DNA of 64,000 nt, from assembly GCA_964016885.1 (NCBI GenBank), contig OZ024742.1:351416001-351480000 (forward strand), read 5' to 3'. The notes beneath the pieces are model-generated. The model had not been told where the DNA came from. It searched no databases and saw nothing but the letters and a program-made list of their open reading frames with translations. Position numbers and translations under genes: made by a program. This document shows positions 1 through 16,355 of the stretch, piece by piece. Source of the stretch: Eledone cirrhosa. Lineage: Eukaryota. How positions within the stretch are numbered: the first letter of the stretch is position 1; each line of letters starts with the position of its first letter.

Positions 1-1134
1 CGAATTAAATTTTAAACTATATAAACTTCTATATTATATATAAGAACATATGTCGACCAAATGGGTATCCTAAACTTTTGGAATGATTTCTGCTAGACAG
101 GATTTGGTAAACAATTTTTGTTTTATCTGTTTCGACTCTGATGCTTATGATGATCTTGGCAATATATTGTCAATTAACTTTGAAAGGCTGATCTCTGTGT
201 TTTATTTTTATTTGTATTATTTTTTAATATTATTTTTTAATATTTTTTAATATTTTGTAATATTTTTTATTTTTAATATTAAATGTTTTAGTTTTTCTGT
301 TTATTTATTTATTTATTTTCTTGTCTCTGATGTTTTTATTTTTATTTTTATTTTTATTTTTATTTTTATTAATATATTGAAATCTGTTCTCTATTTCTGC
401 TTGATCGACAATCAGCTAGAATAAAGACAAGAATAGTATTGTTAAAATTAATATAGACTCTATATATATATGTGTATATATACACACATATATGTATACT
501 TGAATTTTTATAGCACAATGAGAATGTTTTCGTGTGAATTGGGAGTTTGTTTATAATTATGATATAAACATATGAATTTTTAAAAACTAGACATAAGATC
601 ATTACTTTTCACACATTATAGATACATGTCTCATTCATGAATACTGGTACTTACATTATAATGCCTGTTTTATACGAACTAATATTTTCTACGGATAAAA
701 CATAGCGGTTTTAAATTCTGCATCGTTTGTGTCTGGTTATGTTTCATTTTTTCTTTTTCATTTTCTCTTTTTTTCTCTCTATATAACGGCTATTTTCTCT
801 CTTAACTACATACATCTCTCTTTACATTAATACTAGAGCTAAACAAATAAATAAATAAATGAATAAATGTATCAACCGATACTCAACTTCCTAATTTCTC
901 TATCTATCTCTATCTATCTCTTTCTTTTTTTTTTTCCTCTCTCTATATATATTTCTCTCTGTTTCTTTACATGGAGTTCTTCTCTTTATCTATCTTTCTA
1001 TATCCCTCTATTTAGTCACATGCATTTCTTCTTTTTCTTCGTTTCTCTTTCTTTCTCTCTTTATCTCTTTCTTTTTACAACTGTCCTCAATATTTTTTAC
1101 TATCAAATCAACCTCCCAAATGCAAGGTGATTGA

Positions 1135-1632
<498 letters not shown>

Positions 1633-1643
1633 CCTCTTCCCTC

Positions 1644-1735
<92 letters not shown>

Positions 1736-1857
1736 CATATATATGTTTGTCGGACTTCCAACAAATTAAATACCACTTCTACTTATATATATATATATAT
1801 ATATATATAGACATATATATTTCTTAAAATAAAATATTAAAGTTTAAGCAAAGAACC

Positions 1858-2011
1858 AGTGCTTTCGCCATTAACGGGATCTTACGGACTGAGTTCAAAT
1901 CCCGCCGAGGTCAACTTTGCCTTTCATCCTTATGGGGTCGATAAAATAAAGTACCAGTAATACACTGGATAATTGCTGGCATTGTGCCAAAAGTAGAACA
2001 ATTATTATTAT

Positions 2012-2012
<1 letters not shown>
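1858..2012 (+). mobile_element. tRNA-derived SINE, family S1 (5' partial)
   Basis: B-box GTTCAAATCC, central CCGAGGTCAACTTTGCCTTTCATCCT..GGGGTCGATAAAATAAAGTACCAG, (ATT)n tail. More than 15 copies in the window. Confidence 0.85.
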
Positions 2013-2064
<52 letters not shown>

Positions 2065-2085
2065 GTAATAATAATAATCCTTTTA

Positions 2086-2123
<38 letters not shown>

Positions 2124-2185
2124 TGTCAGAAGATCCCGTTAAGGATGAAAGTACCGATTATTTGCTTAAACTTTCATCTGTTATT

Positions 2186-2909
2186 CAGACCATGCTGACG
2201 GAGCTTGACGTCAAAAGCTCTGCAGTAGTCCTCAAGATGAACTGCATGAAAACGAAGTTCATGCGGGCAGTAATGTATAACAGGTCGAATAGTGGTTGGC
2301 GGGGATAAATATAGGAGGTGGAGGAATACGTCTACCTAGGACAAGAAGTGAACATACGCCGAGACATTGAGAGGGAGATCTCACGGAGAGTAATGGCCGT
2401 ATGGAAGGCGTTCAACGGCATAAGGGCTGTGCTCAAGGGGATGTTGGACAAGACCTCCCGCGCCAATCTCTTCAATAGCACAGTTTTACCTGAAATGTTA
2501 TATGGCAGTGAAACTTGGGCTACAACGAAGAGAGGAGAGCAGAGGCTGGTAACGGCTCATAGAGCCATGGAGAGATCAATGCTAGGAATCTCGTTGAGAG
2601 ATCACTTCAGGAGCGAAGTCATCAGACAGAAGTCCGGCGTGAGGGACGTCATCACGGAATATATGCGCAGCAAGTTCAGATTGGCTGGACACGGCGCCCG
2701 GTTCACCGAAAATCGGTGGACCCGCGCAGTTGCCGACTGGTACCATCCCGAGCGGAAACGACCACCAGGAAGGGCTCCACGAAGGTGGAGTTACTATTTT
2801 AGGAATACGATTGGGACTACATGGATGAGGAAAGCACGATCCAGAGAGGAGTGGACGGCGTGCTCTGACCAGCGGCGTCGAATGGACGCCCGACAGACTG
2901 GTCGGTCAA

Positions 2910-2911
<2 letters not shown>
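2186..2911 (+). pseudogene. RTE-clade LINE, 5'-truncated RT C-terminal region
   Basis: LKMNCMKTKFM..EEYVYLGQ..EISRR..WKAF..LFNSTVLPEMLYGSETW..RAMERSMLGISLRDH..AGH.AR..RWT..KRPPGRAPRRW is a typical RTE-1-like C-terminus. It has a stop near 2308 and is GC-rich relative to the flanks. The ORF reads on into (TA)n. Confidence 0.9.
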
Positions 2912-2993
<82 letters not shown>

Positions 2994-3047
2994 CGTTGCT
3001 GAATTTATTTAGCAATATTCTTTATCTCAAAAGGTATTTTGAAACCA

Positions 3048-3240
3048 ATATTGTTTTACTTTGGGAGGGTCATGTTGCCAATAAGAAACACACGCACCAG
3101 TTACTTTCACTCTAATTTATTATAAATTAAATTAGAAATTAGAAAAATTGATACATTTTCGGCTGATTGGTTGGTTCCACAACCGGACGGTTATTCATAA
3201 TTCATATATTGTCAAAATTCTTTCGCCATACATTCAGTGA

Positions 3241-3245
<5 letters not shown>
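3048..3245 (-). mobile_element. pLTR fragment of Naiad-like family E (hammerhead core partly deleted)
   Basis: Reverse complement of 17105-17300. Confidence 0.75.
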
Positions 3246-3295
<50 letters not shown>

Positions 3296-3341
3296 ATATG
3301 TATATGTAAATATATATATATATATATAAATATTTATACGT

Positions 3342-3389
<48 letters not shown>

Positions 3390-3553
3390 GTGTGTGGATT
3401 CATTTTTAGTGTAGGTATATAATTATATGTACAGAAGAACAGCGAATGATTACATGGAAAGACATACATACATATATCTGTCAGTATATTCATTGACGTT
3501 CTGCAATAAAAATTCCGAGGCTGGGTAAATATTGCGCGCCTTCCAAAAGTAAC

Positions 3554-3582
3554 ACTTACCTGGAAAGACAAGAAAAGAAGCA
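3554..3582 (-). promoter_or_regulatory. Candidate recursive splice site (acceptor fused to donor)
   Basis: Minus strand reads CTTCTTTTCTTGTCTTTCCAG|GTAAGT. Confidence 0.4.
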
Positions 3583-4154
3583 TTATATTATAAGGCATAA
3601 TGAAATAGTATTAATGTTATTATATTTTAAACATGCATACACCATGAGAACTTAATAACAATCATTTTGGAACAGATTATTTTTATTTATTTCAAATAAA
3701 CCTTATTTTTCAACAGTATTCAAACTGTTTTTATTTTTATTTGTTTTCCCATTCTGTAGACTTTAATACAGCCACTTAAAGAAACACCTTTTATGTAATA
3801 TACAGTTTATTAGAAGAGTGAATGAGTGAGTAACTGACTAATAAAATGACAAGTCAGTCAATCATATCGTTGTCCTACCCACAGCCCCGGCGGACAGAAT
3901 GGTGAAGGCATTTCTCTGGAGGACGGCAAGGACTTTGGAAAAGCAACTCCATCTCGCGGGGCTCCCACCTGCGATTGGATGCTGAGCGCCTATGGTGGTG
4001 AGTTATATCACTAACGTTTTAAGATGAGAGTTAACCTAGACCATTTAAAATCAAGGTGTGCTAGAGTACCAGAAATATCTACTATTCCTAATAGACAAAT
4101 ATGCTAGTATGGAAATTAGTCAACTTAAAAAAATATATATGCTTAGTAATATAT

Positions 4155-4288
4155 TGTTTCTAGATATCGCACAAGGTCAGCAATTGTCTCAGTGCATTAC
4201 TGGTACTTTATTTTATCGAACCTGTAAGGACGAACGGCAAATTTAGCATTGGCGGGATTTGAACTCAGATCATAAAGGGCCGTAACTC
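4155..4288 (-). mobile_element. SINE S1 fragment
   Basis: Reverse complement of the S1 core (tggtactttattttatcga..ggcgggatttgaactc). Confidence 0.8.
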
Positions 4289-4580
4289 TTTTCTGTAAAG
4301 AGTAATATATTACTCTTATATATTGCTTAACATACACACACATACACATTCAACACATAGTGCTGACAGAGCAATGACAACGGAAAATATAGGCAGTACA
4401 TTCTTCTCAATCAGCCTATGGAAATCACGTCACTTTCAATACCAGATGTAATATTTTTTCATTCATTCCAATGCCCGTAGGAATGTCATAAAATCAGTAG
4501 ACACGGCACAAGTTCTGGTTTTCGGCGAATTATATATGCATAGATATCCTCCCATTCACAGAACACAGATCTGCACTCAA

Positions 4581-6043
<1,463 letters not shown>

Positions 6044-6069
6044 ACGCACACGCATACACGCACACACAT

Positions 6070-6102
<33 letters not shown>

Positions 6103-8847
6103 CATAAAATGAGTGACAAATATGTTCGTTTCGAAACAGCAAGCGAGTTTCAAACATAAAATAGAAGCTTTCGCCGTATTTTTAGATTTCATATATAGTT
6201 AAAGGGGAAAATATATACCTAGATAAAATAATTACTACCTTGGTATCTGCAGTGGAGACTATATAGGGGAAGATTAAATAACGACCTTGGTTAAAATTAA
6301 TATATTAAATTGTATACTCCTATAATTATATATACCCAGGCTAATTAAACAATATTATTAATAAAAAAAAAGGATATGTAAAAAATTGATATGATTTTAT
6401 AGATAAACATAAACATCTAATGCTGTTAAATCCAACTGTGTCCGTCATACTGAGGTAATTATCAGATTCAAGCTACTATATTTGAGATAACATAAGTATA
6501 TACGGTTATCTACTTATAACATAAAAATTGCATTAAAAGTTACAACGTAGATGTTTATATCACTTACGCTGAACTTTTCAATAGCTGGCTTGAACATTCA
6601 CAAAATCTTCGCTACTTTAATTTTTATATAACCATTTTAGCATCCGTTTGAGATTCTGCTTCCAATAATTACCACTCTACATGAGCACTTCTAAAACTTG
6701 TTTCTCAAATTATTATACTTGGCATGTTATTTTAACCAAGTGTAAGTTCAAATAATCTTAATTATTAATGAATCTAAACTGATTCCAACCACGATTATCC
6801 AATACACATAAGGAATGAGGAATGAAGGTTCCCATCAATATTAACATATATTTCTTTAATGTTCATATTAAAGCAACTTAAATTTTTATTTTTTTTCTTC
6901 TTTGGTACAAAGATTTGGAGCCTGAGACATTCCTTTGTCTTCATCGATTTGCTTCGCTATATCGGAAATATAAATTACGAGGTCGATAAAATAAAGTATC
7001 AGTCACGCACTGGGGTCGATTTAATCGACTCCCCTCCCCCAAAATTGCTGATCTTGTGCCTATATAAGAAACCATTATCGTGTAAAATACATTCTGGTAT
7101 GAAGTCTGTTGATTAGGTTTATTACTTAGTCCAAATTATGCTTAACGCTTTAGTATTTACATTACTCTATATTTACTATTGCATTTTTATGGTAAAGGCT
7201 TTATCTTACATAATTATTTCACATGATATTGAAAATACGAGATTTTGATATTATTTATTTTGAGAGCAATACCTTAACATAAGTATAAGCAGCTGATTAT
7301 GGCTGATTTGAACAGATATGGCTGGTGTAAATGCCAAAGGGTTAAACCGACTTAGTGCTCCATAATTTCGGGATTTATACAATATAGTAGCACCCAAGTA
7401 CTAGGATCGATATAAGCAGCCTTCAACACTTAATTTTCTTAAGATGCACATTTATATAAATTCATTATATTAAGAGAATATTATAATATGCATGAAAATA
7501 TTATTGATAGATATATTCCACGCTATATACCAATTAACTTCGTACCATCATCAAGTAAATTAATATTCATTTATATTATTTTATGAGAATTTGTTAAGCA
7601 TTTCCGGACGAAATAAAACTATTCAACAATAGCCATTGAACTATATATCTTTTTAATAACGTTATACTACACAACAAATGTCGTATATGAATTCAATTTC
7701 CTTATCACAAAAAAAACAACAACCGTAAAACGCAATATCTCCTGGGCGTAGTTGTCTAAATGGTATAGTCATTAGGGTGTAACAGCAATATTAATTTATT
7801 CACATGATAATAAATATTATAACTCATATAGGACTCTGGAGAATGCGTAAGAAATATTTTAGAAGCCTTATATATGCATTGTTCGATGCATTTATTCTTT
7901 TCCTTCACTTGAATAATCATGTTCGTTGATATTATACACTTTTTTTACTTTCCTTCCACGTTAATGCAAATGTCATATGACAATATAATGTTTCTCGTGG
8001 GATTGAAATGAGATAACTCAGCGATCATCCCTGTAGGAATACTTAGTCAAAGCTGCTGGCTATATGTATTATTTTTTATGAATATATAATTTATAGATTG
8101 CTTTCTTGTGTAGACTAAACATCTACACAGGTTCCTCATGTACATACAGAAAGGCTGCAGGGAACATGTAACATTCTATAAAAGAAATACAATTTATGTT
8201 TGAAATGGGAAGTAATATTCAAGGATCAAGCGGTTTAATGAGAGACGAAGAAGACCGTATGATTTTCTATAGACGTAGAGATACAAAGAAACACACGATG
8301 AATCGAGAACATTAAAATATAGAAACAAATAAAGAAGGAAAAATAAATGACATAGGGAAGAGGGAAATAGAGAACTTGAAGATTGAAAAAATATATAAAT
8401 ATAACAGAATTTGTATTAAGGCTTCCACTAATATAGCAATTCCTTTAGTACTCAATAAAGAATTGTGTTTTCATGCTCGCTTCATAGGTGTTTTTTAAAA
8501 TATTTAATACACGGTGAAATGTACTGTAATAGAATATCATAATTTTATCAGAATAATACAATTGAGAGATATATAATATCACCCTCTTTAGTAATAAACT
8601 GATCTACAATTTCGTCGCTGTTTTATTATTACGTTCAATACCTCCCAATCTTCCTTTATAAACCATTACGTAGGTGTGTATATAGACAATATCTAACAGT
8701 ATATATCTTTATGGTAGTCAAACAATTGACCTCACCTCCAGTGCATTAACACATGCACGGTGTTTTACGATGTGGCGTAGAGTATATTGTTGACGGCTGA
8801 GAGATAAGAGAACTCAATACCAAAGTGAAGCCTTAATATTCATTATT

Positions 8848-9231
8848 GGATTGGCAGTATCGGTAGAGGGTAAGATGCCATGCTTTCCAGCATTGTTACG
8901 TCTCTTTACGGTCTGTGTTTAAATCCCGCCGAGGTTAACTTTGCCTTTCATCCTTACCGGGTCGATAAAATAAAGTACCAGTAAAGTAGTGGGTAATTGA
9001 TGGCCTTGTGCCAAAAGTGGAAACAATTATTAAGTCAAAGGGCGGTGGATTGGCAGTATCAGTAGAGGGTCGGACGCCATGCTTTGCAGCAAAGAGTTAC
9101 GTACATTTATGGTCTCCGTTCAAATCCGCTGAGGTTAATTTTGCCTTTTATCCTTACGGGGTCGATAAAATAAAGTACCAGTAATACACTGGGGTTATCG
9201 CTGGCCTTGTGCCAAAAGTAGAAACAATTAT
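8848..9231 (+). mobile_element. Two tandem S1 SINEs
   Basis: Two heads TGGCAGTATC(G/A)GTAG and two cores, joined at an ATTATT tail. Confidence 0.85.
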
Positions 9232-9404
9232 CAACAATGTATAATATGGAACAATTAAGAACATTAAAACAGTTCTCTACCTTGGCTAAGTCTTCCTAAA
9301 TACATGAAACGATACTACAATGAGGTAGTGTAACATAAAGCAACAACAGGCATATAACATAAATGATAAATAAAGGCAAATGTCTCTATAGTTTAGCACG
9401 AGTG

Positions 9405-9540
9405 AAGTCGCAACTCATTTCAACAGCTCGATGGACTGGAGAAACGTGATATAAAGTACCTTGCTCAAGGACATAAAACACCATCCGGTCCGGGAATTGA
9501 ACACAGCTCCAGGATGTGAGCTATGTGCTTTCACTAGTCA
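9405..9540 (-). mobile_element. tRNA-derived SINE, family S2
   Basis: Reverse complement of TGTCCTTGAGCAAG..TCACGTT.CTCCAGTCCA..AGCTG..AATGAGT; same family as 25897-26145. Confidence 0.7.
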
Positions 9541-10016
9541 CTGAGCTCTACGTTATATTTTAAGGCACACAATTCAAAATTTTATTATTTTTGAAGAATA
9601 TATCTAATATGTGTATATATACACGTTCGTTTTGAAGAATATATCTAATATGTGTATATATACACGTTCTTTTAGCAGAATATATGTCATTAAACTTCCT
9701 CAATGATCACTTTCGTATATTTCGTGACAATTAAAATGAAATTATTAGCAGTGTAATCCCTACATTACATAGTACAATGACGTTTAACTGTAGGGAAATA
9801 CTATCTTATATCTTGATTTTATGTGATATATCAAAATGTAATTGCTTGGCAAACGCAATGTTAATAGAAGTGGTTGTCAGTATCAATTCATTAAACACAG
9901 TAGTATGATGTGTTCAGTTACCAGTATGCAGTTTTCATACTGTATTTGTACAGTGTATGTTGTTATTGCTTGTGGTTATTGACAGTTAGCGAAAAACACA
10001 GACAATGTGGCGTCAA

Positions 10017-10081
<65 letters not shown>

Positions 10082-13000
10082 CAGTTGGATAAATTCACTC
10101 TAAATTTTAAATACAGCGATATATGCAGTATCCATCATCTAAATGACAGGAGAAATGCCAGATAGCTCATTCCTGCACACACTTTATTATCGCTGAATTT
10201 ATCGCATAAAGAATTTAAAGCTATCCGCATCATTCTATGAAATGTGTTAGAAATATCGTTCGAAATATTGTTTTCAACATATACATATGCAGCTTTCCCA
10301 AACGGTCCATGTACTATCTATTTCGTATAAACATTGGCTACCACATATTTCTTTCAAGATTACTTTCAGATAATGATATACTTCGATAGGAAAAACAATC
10401 TTGTGATGGGTTCCATGAATGCTTTCTCATGGGAAATAATACTGAATTCGGCAGAATTGGTTTAAAATGTATAGTTATAGAAGATACCGTGTAGAATATG
10501 TTATAGTTTGCAATGTTTTATAACATTGTGTACCCGCATTAGGCCAATATTTTAGCCAACAGATATCAACACGTTGGTCAACATATTTCGATTCTATATT
10601 ATAAAATGCTTTTTTATAGCTAAAATAAAAGTATTTTTCAATGCCACAGTTTTAAGGCAGATTTATGTAAGCTGACAAGAGGTAATAGGCAACATGTTAG
10701 GCACCAACTCCCATATAGATTAGTCTCGCCAGGATGAGACTGGTAGTTTTATATATCGATCGCTATATTATGCATAAAGTATTTTTACTTATGTGAAATT
10801 GGAAAGCAACATATCCAGTTTCATATAGACATGTATACCCATCATGCTGCAGCATATTAATTAAAATAATATAGAAATCCTACGTTCGGGACACCTATAG
10901 ATATGTTTTGTTGATTATCATTTTCAATCGTATCCATACTTCTCTCATTACGCTGTTTTGGCCTGAATATTGCATGGGTTTCCTAACACTGTGAAGGTAG
11001 GATACGTATAATCAAATAACTGTATTAATATAATGATTGACTCTGGAGCTACTTGCAAGGAACAGTCGTTTATAAAATGTATATTATTCGGCCGACAATA
11101 ACAAAATATAAACAGGTTTCAATATCTAATTATTAACAAACAATACTTGATAATTATGCCAATCTGTACTTAATTACATACGGCTCGAAAAATAAGACGG
11201 GCTGTCACTAAAACAGGTTAATGTATCTTCGAGAAGACGTTATTTTAGAGTGATAGAGATATTCAAGTAACGTTAGAGATATTCAAGTAATGCACAGGTG
11301 GGCACGCATTCTTATTCTCATATGCATTATTTTTTTTAATAGGAAAAATTAAATGTTAAATTTACGGTGGCCACATTAGTATTAAAGAAGTGACTGTGAT
11401 ACAATAACAATTTCTTTTTCAAGTTGACTAATAATATCACTGAAGACTATTAATATCATGTGAATGCACAACCTGATCGTAGCACATGTTTTCATTTCCG
11501 AGCGAATACATCATCGCGCATACTCACATTCGTTGAGGCATAGTTTATCAGAAAGTGCACAATCAAGTGTATTTCATATAGTAACGCTATTCTGCCATAT
11601 TGCATTTGAAGGTGATTCCGTTACTATTTCCATCAGTTAGATTGAGCACTTCAATCATCCGTCGTCCATTCATCTATATAATATAGCACACCATTCTCTT
11701 TCAATATTTTCTCTCTATCTCCCAGATAAATGACTAGTAATATATATGATAATATTAACAGTTTCTGTATGATACTAAATATACTGGTAGGCATGCACCG
11801 TGAGTGCCTTACAGATTTATACGGTGTGGTATGTATATAATGAAAAACACATTTCTACAAGATTAATTTGAAGTGCAATTAATATTTCTCGTTTTTACTG
11901 TATTTGAGAAACTTCGCAATGGCAATCAGCTCTACCAATAAAGGGCTCTACATTGCTGTAGTAATTTCCATGTGTATGATGGTGTGTCATATGTAGACGA
12001 CTTCCTACATAGTCATTTATCAGGGAGAAATAGTTGAAAACAATACGTTATTCGGATATCTCGCTACTAGCCTTATCCAGGCTTCATACCTTGACGTCAA
12101 ATTTGCTATCTCTTTAGTTTTGTTAAATTTGTTAACGCATTTATAATTCTAATTATTTACAGTAATGCTTAACATTAATTTTACTTGGAATGTCTTATCG
12201 CCTGGAATATTTCACAGCAAAACAGTTATTATAGCTTTATTAATGCAAAACTAATACTTCTCCTGTAAGATTTTACAAGTAATTAGGTGAGGAAAGGAAC
12301 AATAACCGCCTCACATTGAGATATACGTACGTGAGCATGAAACTGATTCTCACTGATATTTCATGATTAAATAATTTATTATTTTCCCCAGTTCTACAGA
12401 ACACATTCTGTAAATTAAGATTTATTAATAGTCTTTGAAATTTATAGAGTTGATTGTAATCGTGTAAGCGCGAGATAAGTTGATATTCATGACCCTAATT
12501 CTATTTCAAAGAGGAAGTTATTCGATCTCTGTGTGACCTCCTGCGTGCAGGTCAGCAAACCATATAATCTTGATTTAAAGGCGTGATTATGTATTTTATC
12601 ACTATTCAAGAATTACAACGATACTAAAGAAGTGAAGAATTATTGTTCATATCATGATCATTCGTAATGAAATATTTGCATTCACTTGTGATATATTCCA
12701 AACGTCTGTCTCTAAATACAATAGAGATTTTGTTACTGCCCAACGGAATCGTAAGCACCAAAAACCTGTCTTTTATATCATGACATAACATATTCGAGTG
12801 GGGCCTGACATTTCATTATGAATTAAACGATACGTACAAATATATAAAAGAAAGATAAATTTATTTAAAATAGATTACAATTATATGAAACTGTGGAAAT
12901 GATGAGTTAATTTTTTCAACGTGGCGTCTTCTTTCAAATGTAGTATCTATATTGTCTGGTTTGTTTGAACGCATGTGCGTATATACTGGTCTTATAAACA

Positions 13001-13148
13001 TATATTGTACATGGTATGTGTTCGGCGTGGCAATAGACTAAAGTAGAATAGAAGACAATAATCGTGTATATATATTCAACGTTCTAGAATGCAAAAGTTG
13101 AATTGCAGCACAAATCTTCTCAATTGAATATTTGGAACTGGACTATGA

Positions 13149-13218
<70 letters not shown>

Positions 13219-13221
13219 TAA

Positions 13222-13300
<79 letters not shown>

Positions 13301-13404
13301 GAGGTAGAGGGCGGGGTAGAACACTGGAAGGTAATATCCGTAGTGGTAGAGCACTCAGTCCATGAGACGAGTTTGGTTGTTCTTCCTATTCCGTATAACG
13401 ATTA

Positions 13405-13455
13405 CCAGTCCAAGCTGAAGATCCGCATAAGGTGAAACAATTGTTCTCGGTATGG
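13405..13455 (+). ncRNA. Type I minimal hammerhead, family C
   Basis: CCAAG-CUGAAGA-UCC GCAUAA GGU-GAAAC-AAUU-GUU-CUCGG; palindromic loop 3. Confidence 0.7.
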
Positions 13456-13481
13456 AGAACTAACTGTTGTGTTACCACCTA

Positions 13482-13533
<52 letters not shown>

Positions 13534-13581
13534 TATGTATGTTTTGCAAAGTTTTTTATATGAAGTCGTGTGTCGAAAAAA

Positions 13582-13735
13582 ATATTGTTATACTTGGGGA
13601 GGGTCATTTTGTTGTAAAATATTGCCAGGAATAATAACAGATCATACTCACTGTTTGGTTAGTTTTCGCTTCTGCATCTTTAAATCTCCATAGTTGATAT
13701 ATTTGGCAGTCAAATGTTATCATTTACTGACCAAG
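13582..13735 (-). mobile_element. pLTR 3' end of Naiad-like family D
   Basis: Reverse complement of 31850-32010. Confidence 0.75.
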
Positions 13736-13767
13736 GGTTAAACATATACAGATATAAATATATATAT

Positions 13768-14490
13768 TACGGTTAGCTATCCTCTTTGTTGTTATCTTGT
13801 TTCACTCGCTTTACGCGTTTTAATTGTCCTAATAACTTAATTTAGTTATTATTGCACCGACGTGAGGTATATGATTTTTAATGCAATGAAATATCTATGA
13901 TCGTCGGCAAATCACTGATGAGGGACTTATTTTATTACATGTTATCCATGTGCAACCAGCAGTATTCTTCTCCCCATTTTTTCACCTAAACTGCGATACT
14001 GTTTTTTTTCTCTCTCTCTCTCTCTTACTGCTCCCTCGCTCTCTCTGTTTCTCCTACTTTCTTTCGCCCCCTCTGTCATGTCAGTTAACTGTTCCTCACA
14101 CTTCCACTCACTCACTCACTGTTTCTCCTCTTCTCACTTCACCCCGTTCGCGACGAAATCATTTTCTCTCTTTCTCACATTTGAATTCGCTCCTGAAAGG
14201 TCTTTTTTCTAAGCGCTCATATATTCACCTAGCTTATGCTAACAGAATAACTATGAAGCTTGTTCCCTTCCTTCTACGGTTAGCTATCCTCTTTGTTGTT
14301 ATCTTGTTTCACCCGCTTTACGCGTTTTAATTGTCCTAATAACTTAATTTAGTTATTATTGCACCGACGTGAGGTATATGATTTTTAATGCAATGAAATA
14401 TCTATGATCGTCGGCAAATCACTGATGAGGGACTTATTTTATTACATGTTATCCATGTGCAACCAGCAGTATTCTTCTCCACATTTTTTC
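13768..14490 (+). mobile_element. Direct-repeat (tandem pLTR-like) element
   Basis: A ~215-bp near-identical direct repeat at ~13768-13985 and ~14275-14490, flanked by TA. Confidence 0.6.
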
Positions 14491-14504
14491 ATATATATAT
14501 ATAT

Positions 14505-14604
14505 ATTTAACATAAAAAGGGCGTGAACAATACAAAACAATAGAAGGGAATATGATAATAGTACCACTGATGATGTTGCAAATGTGCAACGAAAGAACTT
14601 TGTC

Positions 14605-14684
<80 letters not shown>

Positions 14685-15075
14685 AACAAAGTTATTTCGT
14701 TGCACATCTGCAACATCATCAGTGGTGCTATTATCATAATCCCTTCTATTGATTAGTATTGTTCACGCCCTTTTTATTTTAAATAAATAACAAATGGCGT
14801 GAACAATGCACAACCATAGGAGGGAATATGATAATAGTACCAATGATGATGTTGCAGATGTGCAACAAAAGAACTTTGTTAGATTATATATATATATATT
14901 CATATCTGTATTTGTCACCGATAGTCATTCAATGATAATCCTTGACTGCCAAATAAATTAGCTGTGAAGATATAAAAGATACAGAAGCGAAAACCAACCA
15001 AACAATGAATGTGTTCCGTTATTATTTCTCGCAATATTACTACAACAATATGACCCTCCCCAAGTATAACAATAC
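14505..15075. mobile_element. Family D pLTR pieces in +/-/+ orientation with three hammerhead copies
   Basis: ACCA-CUGAUGA-U-GUUGCA AAUG UGCAAC-GAAA-GAACUU at 14563-14604; inverted copy ~14683-14727; degenerate direct copy ~14839-14880; then the pLTR terminus ATGACCCTCCCAAGTATAACAA. Confidence 0.8.
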
Positions 15076-15192
15076 ATATATATATATATATATATATTTA
15101 TAAATTACCAACTTTATAAATTTATTATAATAAATTGAAGTGAAAGCATGGTGCGTGTGTTTCTTATTGGCAACATGACCCTCCCAAAGTAT

Positions 15193-15265
<73 letters not shown>

Positions 15266-15266
<1 letters not shown>

Positions 15267-15482
15267 GATATTAAATAAATGGAAACTATATTTATAAAAC
15301 CATATTTATTTCATTATATATATTTCAGGGATATCATATTAACAATATGTTATGCCTTCCTCAGACAAAATACAATATAGACAGTTTTATAGATAAATAG
15401 ATTTGACATACTTGTTGAGTGCTTTTTTATCAGTTATAAATATTTACTAGTTGTAACCCAACAATTTAAATATAACTTTCCA
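15266..15482 (-). mobile_element. pLTR family A copy with hammerhead (15303-15378)
   Basis: Reverse complement of 1140-1373; core CUGAGGA. Confidence 0.75.
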
Positions 15483-15805
15483 TATATATATATATATATA
15501 TATTTTGCTATTGTTCTCCACGCTCCACATATGACGTATTATCTTCGTTTTTTTCGTTCATCGCCAGAGAACGTCTCTATGCACCACCTAAGAGAACATT
15601 AGTCTACGACCTCTATTATACCATAAACGTGGTTCTGTCTTTGCGCGTAATTTTTTTTCACCGCTCCTATTAATGACGTATTATTCGTTTTTTCCCGTTC
15701 TTAGCCAGCGAACGTTTCCACGAACCAAAGTATCGTCTTCCTGTCTTCCTCCGGTTGCAACGTTTTTTGAAATATCCAGTTCTGCGTTTACAGATTGACT
15801 TTGTT

Positions 15806-15856
15806 AGTTTCAGAAGATCCCGTTAAGGGTGAAAGCAGCGATTCTTTGCTTAAACT
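15806..15856 (+). ncRNA. Hammerhead-like motif, family B (CAGAAGA core variant)
   Basis: AGUUU-CAGAAGA-UCCC GUUAA GGGU-GAAA-GCAG..UUGCU-U-AAACU. Second copy at 2127-2172; partial copy at ~20990-21035 (-). Confidence 0.5.
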
Positions 15857-15960
15857 TTAATCTGTTATTTTAATAAATATTTGCTCTACGGTTCTTATAT
15901 ATTTGATATATATTTTCCTTATCGAGCCCTCTTTGGATTTTAGTCTTCAATTTTATTATT

Positions 15961-16026
<66 letters not shown>

Positions 16027-16100
16027 AACGACGTTGAGGTTCATTGAGCAGAAAGTATTTTCTTAATTTTCTTAGTGATTTATCAATGAAGTGAGTGTAT

Positions 16101-16254
<154 letters not shown>

Positions 16255-16319
16255 ATACACCCACTTCATTGATAGATCACTAAGAAAAAATAGTTTCTGC
16301 TCAATGAACCTCAACGTCG

Positions 16320-16349
<30 letters not shown>

Positions 16350-16355
<6 letters not shown>

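Noticed and set aside
3865-4005. GC-rich island, possibly a LINE 5' UTR or HDV-like ribozyme
   Set aside because: I could not draw the nested double pseudoknot or assign a family.
9590-9669. 39-bp tandem duplication (similar short ones near 11275 and 40258)
   Set aside because: Ordinary local slippage duplications.
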